From contig OX597833.1 in the NCBI GenBank assembly GCA_951406725.2, positions 7,502,001 to 7,566,000 on the forward strand: a stretch of DNA of 64,000 nucleotides, in the 5' to 3' direction. Shown piece by piece: positions 13,757 to 28,210 of this stretch (within the stretch, counting starts at the first letter, position 1; each line of letters opens with the position of its first letter). Both the position numbers and the translations under genes were made by a program. This DNA is from Octopus vulgaris. Taxonomy: Eukaryota. Below the pieces are notes generated by a model. It was given only the letters and a program-made list of their open reading frames with translations. It searched no databases and was not told the origin of the DNA.

Positions 13757-14930
13757 AGGTAGGGTACCCAAAAGAAACCGGAATTTTGCAATATCATTTT
13801 ATTCACTTTGTTTTATAGGTTTATATTTTTATAGCATTTCACGTAGTCTCCATTTAAAACAATCCCTCGGTCCAGACCCTTTTTCCACTCTTCGAAGCAG
13901 TCCTTATGAAGTGATGCCTTTTAACGCCTCTCTCATTTTTTTGTTTACCTCGTACACATCTGCAAAAGGTTTTTGGGGGCATAAAAGAAGTCGCAGGGAG
14001 CAAGATCGAGTAAATAGGGAGGGTGAGTAAGCGGGGCCATGCCATATTTGGTCAAAAACTGTCTGACACTCAAGACAGTGTACGCAGGCGCATTGTAGTG
14101 ATGGAACCACCATTCTCCACTTAGCCACATGTCGGGCGTTTTCGTCTCACCACGTCTATCAAACACTTCAGAACTACCAAGTAAAATGTCTGGTTAACAG
14201 TTTGACCAGGAAGAATTGTGTGGACAGTTTCTTTCGCATCGATGAAACAAATCAGCATCGTCTTGATATTGGACGGCACTTGACACGATTTTTGGGACGT
14301 GGCGACATCGAATGCATCCATTGACTCGATTGCTGCTTCCATCTGTTCTTTCAGTTCACGACACGCATTCAGCCGTGACTGTTTTTGATCTTCCACGAGC
14401 AAACGAGGTACGAATTTTGCTGCAACTCTTTTCATTCGCAATTCCTCGCTGAAAATCCGTTGGCAGAAGCTCCAGGAGACATCAGTCATATCAACAAGTT
14501 CGCCAAATTTTCGGTAATTGTTCTCCAAGATTTGTTCACGAATTTTTGTGATGTTTTCATTAGCTCCGGAGGTCGACGGTCGCCCTGAGCGGGATTAGTC
14601 TTCGAGCAACAAGTAACCACTCCTAAAACGTGAAAACCGCTCGGAAACTTGTGTTTGGCTCATGGCACAGTGTCCTTGTAAGCTGTACGAGGCATGACAT
14701 CTGTGTCCCCCAACGTTGTTCCTTCGTTTCAGCCATCGCAAAAATCGACCAACAGGGGAGAAGCATTGCAAAATAAAGACTCACCACGTGGCTTCATGAC
14801 ACCACCCAACGACGCTGCTCGGCCGACTGATGCTGGGGGTCGCATCAAGTGGCTTCCAGTGGCGGAAGCCTGAACTACAACGGGCTTGTCCCACAGAGAG
14901 TGTTTCCGGTTACTTTTGGGTGCCCCTTCG
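13757..14930 (-). mobile_element. Degenerate mariner (DD34D) DNA transposon
   Basis: Imperfect TIRs agggtacccaaaagaaaccggaa / ttccggttacttttgggtgcccc; fragments KRVAAKFVPRLL and HHYNAPAY...HPPYLLDLAPCDFF, with 34 residues between the second (mutated) and third catalytic positions; frameshifts and deletion. Confidence 0.9.
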
Positions 14931-15247
14931 TTACAATATCTTTATATATTTTCCGTGCAACTTTTATACATTTATACTCTTGAAATTTATTCGTAACAAG
15001 TGATCAATACCAGATAAAATGGATGTTAACAACATATAAATCTCTCAGGCAACTATTTCATCTTCATCATATATCAATTTTATTGAAATTTTCCAACGAA
15101 TTATTTAAAGATTAAATATTTCATCTTTTACACAGAGACATATCGAATACAGTTTATTTAACCTAAACCCCGTTCTTTACATAACTCTGGGCCACGTTAA
15201 CTAATGCGGTGAAGTATAAAATATATTTTAAACATCATTTAAATGTT

Positions 15248-15549
15248 ACGGAGATGTACCTGCATAGCAAGTGATTTGATCTGAGATCGTGTACTGAAAC
15301 GAAAACAATTGCAGCGTGGAAGGTGTTTGTAAGCCATTTAAGAAACACACAAAAGCCGTTCGATTCACTTCAACATTTAAGTTTAATTTGTCAAAATATT
15401 TTCGTCGCTTTAAGACCGCGACCTGTTCACTGACCAAAAATCCGTGCTGCACGGATTTTTGACAAATTAAACTTAAATGTTGAAGTGAATCGAACGGCTT
15501 TTGTGTGTTTCTTAAATGGCTTATAAACACCTTCCACGCTGCAATTGTT
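15248..15549. mobile_element. Fold-back PLE-like insertion with 93-bp inverted arms and a 14-bp target-site duplication
   Basis: Arms 15304-15396 and 15457-15549 (one mismatch); ATCATTTAAATGTT at 15234-15247 and 15550-15563. Confidence 0.8.
15390..15434 (-). ncRNA. Minimal hammerhead motif, G3-C8 swapped core
   Basis: Reverse strand: gtca GTGAACA g gtcgc-ggtcttaaa-gcgac GAAA atat T T tgac; stems I and II pair; palindromic AATATT. Confidence 0.6.
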
Positions 15550-16105
15550 ATCATTTAAATGTTTGAGGGAAATTATCGTCAGGAAATAAATGTACCAAAA
15601 TTTTCCATTGAATTTTCAAGAGATTAAATATTACTTTGTCTTCAAAAGAATGAAGTAACAGATTATGTAAATAAAATTTCGTTAAATCAAACAGGATTTA
15701 TGCGTCAGGTGAAGCAATGGGATCGAGCAGAGAACTGGGCATCTTGGAGTGTAAAATGTAATGTTTCTGGAAATGAAAAATCACATCAAGATTTGTATTT
15801 GTAATTATGGTGGAATTATTCTCTTTATATTCATTTATTATTTTTTTAGAATGAATATTATCATAAAATAAATATAAATTCAATTTGTGCATAGACGTAC
15901 AAACATATATATACATAGTTGTGTTTATATATGTATGTATATATATATATATGTATGTATATATATAGATATATATACATGCATACACTTAATGCGTACA
16001 TATAAATATATACATATACATGTATATATGTATGTGTGTGTGTGTGTATTTATATATATATATATATATACATATACGTATATACACACACATGTACATA
16101 CATAT

Positions 16106-16138
<33 letters not shown>

Positions 16139-16170
16139 AAGATGCACATATATGTTTACACACTCATATG

Positions 16171-16205
<35 letters not shown>

Positions 16206-16258
16206 CAGAGATCATATATATAGATATAGATATATTACAGACATATACATACATACAT

Positions 16259-16433
<175 letters not shown>

Positions 16434-16500
16434 CTGGAGATCACACACACACAGAGTGAAAGAGATCTAGAGGCTGAGCGAGAGAGATGTTGGTGTATGT

Positions 16501-16552
<52 letters not shown>

Positions 16553-17325
16553 TTCTATCTTTTAAAATAACAAATTTCAAAATAAAAAATAAACACAGTG
16601 TCTTTAAGACTGATAGAACTATTTATACATGCCGGTAATTCTTCAGTGTGTATATATTTAGTGCTGAATAAATACACGGCAGAGGTGTATACATATACAC
16701 AGAGGTACACAAACAGATATGCTCAAGTGAGTATATACATTCATATATATAAATACAATTACACACACACACACAATCACACGCGCATACACATGCATGT
16801 GCATGTGCGTGTATCAGAGACAGAGTGTCTATATACTTATGTGTGTATGTGTACGTGTATATATTTAATATCGAATTGTAGTTCATACATATATACATAG
16901 AAATGTAGACACACACATACACGCATACCACACAAACACACACACACACCCATATATGTATACGTATGTATATGTATATAGTCTGAGTGTAAGAGACATT
17001 CTGTCTGTGTCTGTACACACATGCGTTTATGTTATATGTGCACATATACATATATATATGTATATATGTGTGCGTAAATATGTATGTGCATGCATATCTT
17101 TGCGTTCATATACAATACATACATACATACATACATATATACATACATACATATATATATATATTTATATATATATATATGTATATGTATGTATGTATGT
17201 ATGTATAAATATTTCGCGACGGATCTAGTTATTTCGAACATGTACATACATATATAAAAATACACATTCGTAGCCTTCTGACCAGGCGTATATATCAACA
17301 TTTTTATATATGTGTGTATGTCTGT

Positions 17326-17600
17326 CTTAGCGGAATTTTGTCTTTACGTTCAGAGTTCAAATTCCGCCGAGGTCGACTTGCCTTTCGTCCTATCGGTGTC
17401 GATAAATTAAGTACCAGTGAAACACTGGGTCGATATAATCGACTACCCCAACTTCCCCAAAATTCCGGGCATTGTGCCTAAAGTGGAAAGGATTATTTCG
17501 AGGTCGATAAAATAAGTACCAGTTGAACATTGAGCTTGACGTGATCGACTAAACCCCTTCACCGGAATTGTTGGCCTTATGAGGAAATTCGAAACCGGTA
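17326..17600 (+). mobile_element. SINE family B: a 5'-truncated copy plus an adjoining 3' fragment
   Basis: gagttcaaattccgccgaggtcgact...gtcgataaattaagtaccag, followed by a second gtcgataaaataagtaccag block. Confidence 0.8.
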
Positions 17601-17784
17601 TATCTAAGGCCATATCAGAAGAGATATCTATCTATTTATCTATCAATCTACCTTTCTATCTTTAGATAGGCAGGGAGAAGAAATGATTATGCTAAATAAG
17701 TAAACATAAATAAAATCTATGGTGATGCACCAGTGTGGATGCAATCCACCAGCTGTAGCAACTCAACGAATATATATATGTATG

Positions 17785-17866
<82 letters not shown>

Positions 17867-18261
17867 TATGATATATATTACATAATATATAATATATAAT
17901 ATATATATATGTAGATAGATAGATAGATACATACATACATTCATGCATACATACATACACATATACATACATACATTCATGCATACATGCATACATACAT
18001 ATATATATATGTATGTACATGTGTACATATATATACATATGTATACATATATATACATATGTATACATATACGCATATTTATATATATATACATACATAT
18101 ATATGTATGTATATGTATGTATGCTTTATGTGTGTATGTATGTGCATCTATTTATTTCTCTATATTTATGTATAAACAACCGAATCCTTACACAAATATA
18201 TACGTATATATCTATATAGCTAGCTATATGTATACATATACATTTCATTCTTCTTCTTCTT

Positions 18262-18346
<85 letters not shown>

Positions 18347-18347
<1 letters not shown>

Positions 18348-18545
18348 GGCGATGTGCTGGCAGAATCGTGAGCACTCCGGACAAAATGCTTAGCGGTATT
18401 TCGTCCGCCGCTTCGTCGACTTTGTCTTTTATCCTTTTGGGGTCGATAAATAAAGTACAAGTGAAGCAATGAGGTAGATGTAATCGATTAGTCCCCTGTC
18501 CCACAAATTTTAGGTCTTGCGCCTCCGGTAGAAAGGATTATTATT
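18347..18545 (+). mobile_element. SINE family B with internal deletion
   Basis: ggcgatgtgctggcagaatcg head; gtcgactttgtcttttatccttttggggtcgataaa; tail gtagaaagg(ATT)n. Confidence 0.8.
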
Positions 18546-18693
18546 AATATTATTATGTTCATTATTATCATCAACATTCGCAGATTATTGCGACAAATAT
18601 TCCACCATAGAATATATTTCAAATTCGATTTGTTGATACTTTTAGCCATTTCTTCATGGTCCGATTACCACGAGAGAAGTTGAGTACTCTCAA

Positions 18694-18772
<79 letters not shown>

Positions 18773-19213
18773 CACCACACAATCAAATATTATCGAACAC
18801 TTTAATTAAGTCTGAACAAAATCTATTTCCAGTCATATTCCATCTGGAATGCTTAATGGTAATCTTTCTGCTATACTTTTCGAAAATAATTGGTCCAGAG
18901 AGAAGTATTTACAAATCATAATATATCACAAATTATGAATATATTTAATGTATTAGAATATAGTATAACATAGTATATGAATAAATGTAATTTATTAAAA
19001 TATATGAACATATTTAATGCATTTAACATGTAATGTAATATATGCAAAGGTTTAATGTATTGAATATATTATAATACATTTAACATTTTATACGAATGTT
19101 AAATTGGTAATATACTTTCAATTCATCTCATATTTTTGTACATTTATACATACACACACACGTACATACATATATTTATATATGCAAATACATATAGTTA
19201 TGTATATATATGC

Positions 19214-19278
<65 letters not shown>

Positions 19279-19810
19279 TATTTCTACGTATTTGCGTGTG
19301 CGATAGTGAGCGTTTGTGTGTGTGTGTGTGTGTGAGTGTATATTTTCAATAACATATACGATTATAATGGAAAAAAAAAATTCATTTCGCCTGTGAAATT
19401 CGAACGCCACATCTTCTATAAACCATAAAGCTGTGCTGCCCACTTCGAGCTGCCCGCTTTCAGGTTATGGAATTTTAAAGAAGAAATCGTCTCTAAAAAA
19501 ACGTATTGCCGCTAATGTAAAGTTTCCACTGAAATAAAATATTTAACCTGTCTCTATCGTCGTACATAGAACCGAATTTAGTTGAACGCCATTTGAAACG
19601 ATTTCCTGTAATTAAAACTGTGATGAATATTAAAATATAAACTTATTAATTAAATAAATTTCTTCTTACAGATAACAAATCAGACGTGGCGGAATTTAAT
19701 TTACCTTTAGTGACTGATTGTGTCTTATATTGAAATAACGTTACAACAGTTCCAAATTTAAAGTGAATAACTTAATAAATGGTAACGCACCTACGGATAT
19801 ATATATATAT

Positions 19811-19856
<46 letters not shown>

Positions 19857-19947
19857 ACATGCATGTATAATGTGTGTGCGTGTGTGAATTGAAACTAAAA
19901 TACGTGTACATATGTACATAGTTATATAGTATACATATATATGCATA

Positions 19948-20025
<78 letters not shown>

Positions 20026-20187
20026 AAGAAACAGAGTGAGAGATAGATACATATATATATATACATTCATGCATACATACACACATACATACATATACAA
20101 ATATACGCATATGCATATATACATATATTTCAACAGATAAATATATATATATATATAATTACGTATGCAGGGATGTCATAATGTATA

Positions 20188-20241
<54 letters not shown>

Positions 20242-20554
20242 ATATATATGTATATATATATATATATATATATCATACATTTATGCTTGATTAAAGTATA
20301 AAGTTTACTCTGCTACTCACATAAAAAAAATATTTAATTTCGCGCTTCATATATTTTAATATATTCATACCTGGGTATCGAATATTAAGAAAAATATATA
20401 ATGCGGGTGGTTTCGATACCACAACGAAACATACATATATACAAACATACATACATACACACATACATACAAATATATATACATGTATATATATATATTT
20501 ACACTTACACACACACATATATATATACAAATTTATGTACATATGTAATCACAC

Positions 20555-20595
<41 letters not shown>

Positions 20596-21149
20596 TGTCC
20601 TCGTACGAAACGATCGTACCGAGATTTTAATCCATTCTTGTTGCTTTTTTCCTATATATATATGAACGTATGTATTTATATACGTGTGAATATATCAATA
20701 TGTGTGTGTGTGTGTGTATATGTAGATAGATAGATAGATAGATAGATAGAGAGAGAGTGAGTGTGAGAGAGAGAGAAGTGTGTATGTGTTAGATAAATAA
20801 TAATTTTATAGAGCAATAATACATCTCTGAACGAGGTATTTTATAGAGGTATTAGAGATTGTACAAAATGCCTTTTCGTATTCCCGTCCAAATCCCTTCG
20901 GGGTGTGACCGTCTTACTATCTCCATAACCATTCCTGGAAGTGTTGCCTGGACTCTGTGTTAAAACCCATCTCCTCTGCTGCAGCTGCTTTTACTTATAA
21001 TAATATTTATAATATCATCACAACGACCAATACAAAAGTTTCTAAATAAATATTATACAGAAAAACGCAACGACATATATAAACGAGGAAATATATACAT
21101 ACATACATATATGTATATACATACATTCATACATACATACATACATATA

Positions 21150-21196
<47 letters not shown>

Positions 21197-21306
21197 GTAT
21201 ATATATATTTGTGTTTATATATATACATGTGTGCATATGTGTGTGTATGTGCGTATTGATATATATATATATATATATATATACATACATAAATACATAC
21301 AAATAC

Positions 21307-21808
<502 letters not shown>

Positions 21809-21829
21809 TTCGAGTAATGAATATGATGT

Positions 21830-22060
21830 ATGATTGTTGCTTATGCGTTTTTGATTTACCAATTTTCAATATTACGTTTTTCCTTAAAATTTGATAATGC
21901 CGTTTCTTTCTCGTTAAACTGTTTCCGAATTTGTCCATTAATTGTTTGTTCATCAGCTTTGGTTTGTAATTGTTTTGTAGAAATACTGATAATTCAATTA
22001 CTCTAAGACCATTTCCCTCTCACAAATCTTTTCTATAACTATAACGGGTTCTTTTTATGT
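21830..22060 (-). pseudogene. Degraded PLE reverse-transcriptase N-terminal fragment
   Basis: Reverse strand PVIVIEKICEREMVLE*LNYQYFYKTI...LMDKFGNSLTRK...KTHK resembles the PLE segment between ADKG..VVI and FYGLPKIHK. Confidence 0.45.
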
Positions 22061-22454
22061 AACCATCCCAAACTTCATTTGGAATATTTAATTTGTTGTA
22101 ATGTCTGAATTCGCTGAACCTTTCACAATACGCATTGTCCCATACTCATTGTGCGTCCTTCTGAAAGTTTAGGGTTTATTTATGTTCATTGGAGATTTAG
22201 ATTCGCTTAGATTTTCAATATTGACTGATATCTTTAAATGTACCGTTGGAAAAATACCAGTGGCCGAAGGTTTCTGCAAACTTACATTGTATCATCAATA
22301 CAATTTCTTGTGCTGGCCTTTGGAATGGATGTAAATTTTAATCCATGCTCCTAAAAGTTTTATTCAAGTTTTTATAAACTTTCGTTGCGAAAACTTTATT
22401 ACTTTCTCTTTAAATGGTTCTATATTTTGTTGAATCTCTGATCAAAGACTGAAA

Positions 22455-22880
22455 CTCTTGTCGCGAAACCAGGAACCTGATTTACTGCATTACAGTATTT
22501 CCGCATTCCAATTAAGAAAAAATTATATTAGTCAAATTGGAACACATTAATGCAGCGAGTCAGGGTAACTAAACGGTAAATCAAAAATCCATTTGATGGG
22601 TTCCTTGTAGTGAAATATATAGACAATTGCATCAACCAGAAATTCACAATATTATTCCAAATTTTTCAAAATAAAGGCTGAAAAGAAACATTTACAAAAA
22701 AACAAAAAAAACAAAAAACAATAGAAGAATACTTTCCAAAGATTTTTCATTCAAAAAACTAAATTGGAAAGCATGAAAACCGCCACCGAATTTCTACAAG
22801 TACTTCTATAGAAATACCAATATAGAAAATTGTGGTCCATACCACATTTGATAAACGGAAAACTAGTAAAAGCGCTTACA
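22455..22880 (+). pseudogene. Degraded PLE GIY-YIG endonuclease and 3' UTR with a hammerhead relic
   Basis: With frameshifts: TRNLIYCIT...NYISQIGTH-LMQRVRVTKR*IKNP...VPCSE...NCINQKFTI...IEEYFPKIFH; downstream TTGATAA...aaaAGCGCT at 22848-22876. Confidence 0.65.
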
Positions 22881-23080
22881 CAAAAAATTTTTTTAACTTT
22901 TTAGATAACTTTTAAATTATTTCCAAATATTGCGTAAAAAACTACACATTTTCAAACGCACACATATATACATATACAAACAGTTTCTTCTATCCTCTCC
23001 TTTCATTATTATCTCTATATATATTATCTCTCTCTTTATATATTATTATATTATCATGTTATTATCTCTCTCTCTCTCTC

Positions 23081-23175
<95 letters not shown>

Positions 23176-23348
23176 ATGTATGTATGTATGTATATATATA
23201 TATATATATATATATACATACATACATACATATATATATATGTATGTATATATATATATATACATACATACATATATATATGTATGTATATATATATGTA
23301 TGTATATATATATATATGTATGTATATATATATATATATGTATGTATG

Positions 23349-23408
<60 letters not shown>

Positions 23409-23462
23409 TATATATACATATATATATGTACACATATATATGCATATATATATATATGTACA

Positions 23463-23543
<81 letters not shown>

Positions 23544-23547
<4 letters not shown>

Positions 23548-23686
23548 TGTACATTTAAACTGTTCCTTCTACGCTAGAAGGAACAGCTAAAGTCCAAGCT
23601 AAAGTGGTTTGGACTTTAGCTCTTTCTTCTACCGTGAAAGGAATCCCAAATGACAGATACCTCTTATGTGTTTAAATGTACACTGT
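23544..23686. repeat. Nested inverted-repeat cassette next to (TA)n
   Basis: 17-bp outer arms 23544-23560/23670-23686; inner hairpins 23560-23571/23575-23586 and 23585-23597/23609-23621. Confidence 0.85.
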
Positions 23687-23798
23687 ATTTATATGAATAA
23701 TATAAAGTCTATTGACTAATTTTTCTACACGCTAGGCCACAGGTAATAAAAATTTCTGAAAATCTTTACTACCCTAATATTATTAATTATATATATAT

Positions 23799-24209
23799 AG
23801 GCGCAGGTGTTGCTGTGCGGAAAAAACTTGCTTACCAACCATATGGCTTTGTGTTCAGTCCAACTGTGTGGCCCCTTGGGCAAGTGTATTCTTCTATAGC
23901 CTTGGGTCGACTAAAGCCTTGTGGGTGGATTTGGTAGACGAAAACTGAAAGAAGCCCGTCGTATATACATATGTGTGTGTGTGTATCTATGTGTATGTAT
24001 CTTTGTATTTGTGTTTGTCCCCCCCCCATCACAGTTTGACAACCGGTATTGGTGTGTTTACGTTTCCGTAATCTATCGGTTCGGCAAAAGAGACAGATAA
24101 AAATAAGTACTAAGCTTACAAATAATAAGTCCTGCAGTCACTAGAAACCTATCAAGACGTGCTCCAGCATGGCCGCAGTCAAATGAATGAAACAAGTAAA
24201 AGAATAAAA
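23799..24209 (+). mobile_element. SINE family A, full length
   Basis: aggcgcaggtgttgctgtgcgg head, ccttgggcaagtgt core, tail gaaacaagtaaaagaataaaa. Confidence 0.88.
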
Positions 24210-25145
24210 TAATAGTACATATATAGAGAGATAAATATACACTCGCGCACACACACACACACACACACAATGTTACCATGGTGCACTCAGCTGAAAATGA
24301 TTCCCCAAAATAGCTGGAGTTTATTCTGTGAGGTATCGTACATAATGGAACTCGGGTTAATCGGTGTCCTAATGAGCCTACAGTGGCGAAACTAACACTA
24401 ATATTTTATTCCTGACAGAAAAAAATAATTGTTCTGCGATGGATTTTTTTTTGTATGATGAAATCAAAGAATAACAAAGGGAAAACGATTGGATATGAAC
24501 GGAAAAGAAAACGGCCATTTTGAGCAGAAATATTTGCTGTGTTATAATTGGTTATGACTTAATGGCTGAGATCACCTTATGAAAACATACAGGAAAATGG
24601 AGATAGTGTCATAAAAGGAAGAAATAATTAAGGAAGGAATGAAATATGAATGCTAGAAAGAAATACAATTATAAATATCTGATATTTAAAACGGGAAATG
24701 AATTCATCAAGCGAGGTTTCCACCAATGTCTGCTCGAATGCGATGAATATGTGCCAAGAGAAACTGTAAATGGGCGGAAATTACGGTTGACTTCTGCAGA
24801 TGAACTGTAAAAAATACCGGAAGTCATGGCGAAAACGTATTTTATATTTGTTATGGATATGTATATACATATACATGTGTGTATGTATGTGTGTGTTTGT
24901 ATGTAGAAATATATGTACGCACACAGACACACAGACACTCAGACACATGCACGCACATTTTCTCCGCAAAATTCTTCGTGAATATTAGATGCATTGAGGA
25001 TTACGTGAACATGCATGCATAGAAAATGACTAGCACAAAAATATATACAAAATTTCACATAAATTTATGTCTATACATCTACCAATCTCAATGTATGTGT
25101 GTATGTGTGGAGGGAGGTAGCATAAGTATCACTTACATACACCCA

Positions 25146-25186
<41 letters not shown>

Positions 25187-25322
25187 ACAAAATGGCCACT
25201 AGATGACCAAGCATATTTAGACTAGTCATCGGATGCTCCTATGATTTATCATTGATGAATAAGACAGATATTATGTAACATTTTTGGGAAAAGCCGAGTA
25301 GCTACCATCACAATTCTAGATA

Positions 25323-25379
<57 letters not shown>

Positions 25380-25410
25380 GGTATGTATGTATGTATGTAT
25401 GTATATATTT

Positions 25411-25450
25411 GATTTGAAAACCCCACTGGATTGGGAGAAAGCGCTAATAA
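25411..25450 (+). ncRNA. Minimal hammerhead motif, U3-A8 variant core
   Basis: TTGAAAA c ccca-ctggat-tggg a GAAA gcgc T A; palindromic AGCGCT; stem I weak. Confidence 0.4.
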
Positions 25451-25586
25451 TCCGAATGATATGATCTGAATGATATGATATATATATGTAAAAAATGTAA
25501 TATATAAATAAATATCTATAAATATGAACCATCCGATCTGATTACCTCATTTTTTTTCTAATACCTGTACATCATCTCCAAACCTT

Positions 25587-25643
<57 letters not shown>

Positions 25644-25825
25644 GCATGTATATATATATGTATGTATATGTGTGTGTCTATATATATATACATATATATA
25701 TGTGTGTGTGTATATATATATGTATGCATGTATGTATGTATGTATATATGTATACATATGTCTGTCCGTATAGTCATATCTATTTCCCGGTTTCCGTTGT
25801 GTATATATATTCCCCACCCTGGACG

Positions 25826-26048
25826 GTGGAGGCGCGTGACTTAGTGGTTAGGCGTGTTGGAATCATGATCGTAAGATTGTAGTTTCGATCCCTGGACCGC
25901 GCGATGCGTTGTGTTCTTGAGCAAAACACTTCATTTCACGTTGCTCCAGTCCACTCAACCGGCAAAGAACGAGTGATTCTGCGACGGACCGGCGTCCCGT
26001 TCAGATGCGGAATCTATAACCATGGAAACCGGGAAACCGGCCATCATG
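25826..26048 (+). mobile_element. SINE family C (tRNA head, CORE/V-like body)
   Basis: A-box gtgacttagtggtta, B-box gtttcgatccc, then ttgtgttcttgagcaaaacact...ctccagtccactca and ctgcgacggaccggcgtcccgt. Confidence 0.7.
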
Positions 26049-26063
26049 TATATATACCACATA

Positions 26064-26134
<71 letters not shown>

Positions 26135-26136
<2 letters not shown>

Positions 26137-26600
26137 CTGGTGGAATATTCCAATCAAAACTTTTGTCAAATGTAAACATAACAGGCCGGACAGAGGGGCA
26201 AAGTTATGGACCATCATAGAGGTCAGCTGCACTTCAGATATAAATATCTCTTTGAAAATCAAAGAAAAGAGGATATCTACGGTCAACTCCTTCGAGACTT
26301 CCAGCTTCTATATCCGGACCACGAATTCATATTCATACCAATAATAATTGGGGCACTAGGTTTTGTTAGTAAATGCTTAAAGGAGAATCTGGATAAACTG
26401 GGATTTTCAGGAAGAGAAATTGACCGGCTGATTCGTACATTACAAGTGCAATCTGTGAGTGGAACCGTAAAAATGTGCAAAACTTTTCCCAAGTTCCAAA
26501 TGTGAATTTGTCTGTGTTAACTACATCCCAAAGATGAAGCCTTAAATCTATTGTTGGAAACCGACTCCCTCCTCAGTGGAAGATTTATATTAATTAAAAT
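26135..26600 (+). mobile_element. 3' end of an R4/Dong/NeSL-type non-LTR retrotransposon (restriction-like endonuclease domain)
   Basis: YWWNIPIKT..KCKHNRPD..IIEVSC..DINISLKIKEK / EDIYGQLL...IPIIIGALG matches the RPD..(D/E)..K..Y..P..IGALG RLE motif; one frameshift; stop at 26505; flanked by (CA)n and (TATG)/(CATA)n. Confidence 0.85.
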
Positions 26601-26623
26601 GTATGTATGTATGCATACATACA

Positions 26624-26655
<32 letters not shown>

Positions 26656-27244
26656 CGTGTATATACATCATATGCATTACTCTCGTTTGTATATTCTCTC
26701 GTGTTATGTAATTTGTATTACAGTGTACATGTGTAAATAAATATGTTTGTAAATGTATGTATGGATGTATGTACATATGTGTTTTTTGGTGTCTCTATGT
26801 ATGCATACGTGTATGTTCTTATGGACGTATGTATGTATCATGTATGTGTGTATGTGTATATGTACATATACGCACCGTTGTGCGTTTGTATGAGTGTGAG
26901 AACGATTGTATATTTGCTTATATTTACACACACATTTATATATGAGAGGTTTTATCTGTATATGCCTATATGTACGTATGTTTACCTGTGTGTGTGTGCA
27001 AGTATTGTGGGAATGTATATATTTATATGCATGTATGTATATAAGCATGCATGTGCATAGGTGCCTTTATCAATTGTTACTGCTTCTGTATACTGCATTG
27101 TGCTGTATCATTATTTTCTATTTTTAATAGACACGATCTTGTGCTTTAACTAAGTAGCTACGAACGTACTTGAACTCAGTACGACCAGATAACGGACGGC
27201 TTATCATTTCTTTGGTGATTTCCATCTTGCAGTGATGAGCTGCA

Positions 27245-27289
<45 letters not shown>

Positions 27290-27544
27290 ACTATTAATAG
27301 TTTGGTGGATTGTATACCCGCATTGTACCTCATATACTTCTATGCCCACGCCCTTCCTACACATGTGAAACATACAAAGAGCACCCTCAAAGTCCTTCCA
27401 TATACCCACATGGATGTGTGTATTTGCGTTTGTATATAAATGTGTGTGTGTGTACATATATATATATTAATAAATAAAAACATATGCATATATATATACA
27501 TATATGTACGTACCTACCTCTACATGTATATATACACGCGTATA

Positions 27545-27722
27545 TGAGTACAGGACACCCAAAAAACGTCGAACACAATGAGAAACGAAAACATAGACAC
27601 AAACCCAAGGAACTGGACATTTTTTTAAACAACAAAAAAATAGAGTACAGGACAATTAACACAAAGAAAAAAAAAAGAAAAAAACCCTTCTTCAGTCGCC
27701 ATGGTTTCATCTACTCTACGTT

Positions 27723-27726
<4 letters not shown>
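27545..27726 (-). mobile_element. Probable PLE terminal fragment with the 3' half of a hammerhead
   Basis: Reverse strand starts at (TA)n with tcGAAAcgTA-gagtag, followed by T-rich sequence like the other PLE ends here. Confidence 0.4.
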
Positions 27727-27766
<40 letters not shown>

Positions 27767-27940
27767 TACATAGCGCTTACCCGTCACACTCATTTAGATT
27801 AGACAATTATACACTAATTATGTAATAATTAGCATAGTTGACGATGTTGCATAGAAACCTTGGAAAGAGATGTAGAGAGACATTAAGATACATATGTACA
27901 TGTATATATATATATATATATATATAAGTGTGTATGTATG

Positions 27941-27983
<43 letters not shown>

Positions 27984-28009
27984 ATTAATGTCTGTTTTAA
28001 TGTTCAGTT

Positions 28010-28210
28010 ATAATGGTTTCAAATTCTGGAACAAGACCCGTAATTCCGGAGGAGGGGGTCTAGTCGATTACATCGATCCCCAGTGATCAACTGTTACTTA
28101 TTTTATCGACCCCGAAAGGATGAAGGTTAAAGCCGACTCCAGTGGAATTTGAACGAAATGCTTGGCGCATTTCGTCCGGCCTTGAAACGATTCTGCAAGC
28201 TCGCCACCTT
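28010..28210 (-). mobile_element. SINE family B
   Basis: ttttatcgaccccgaaaggatgaa...gattctgcaagctcgccacc. Confidence 0.8.
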
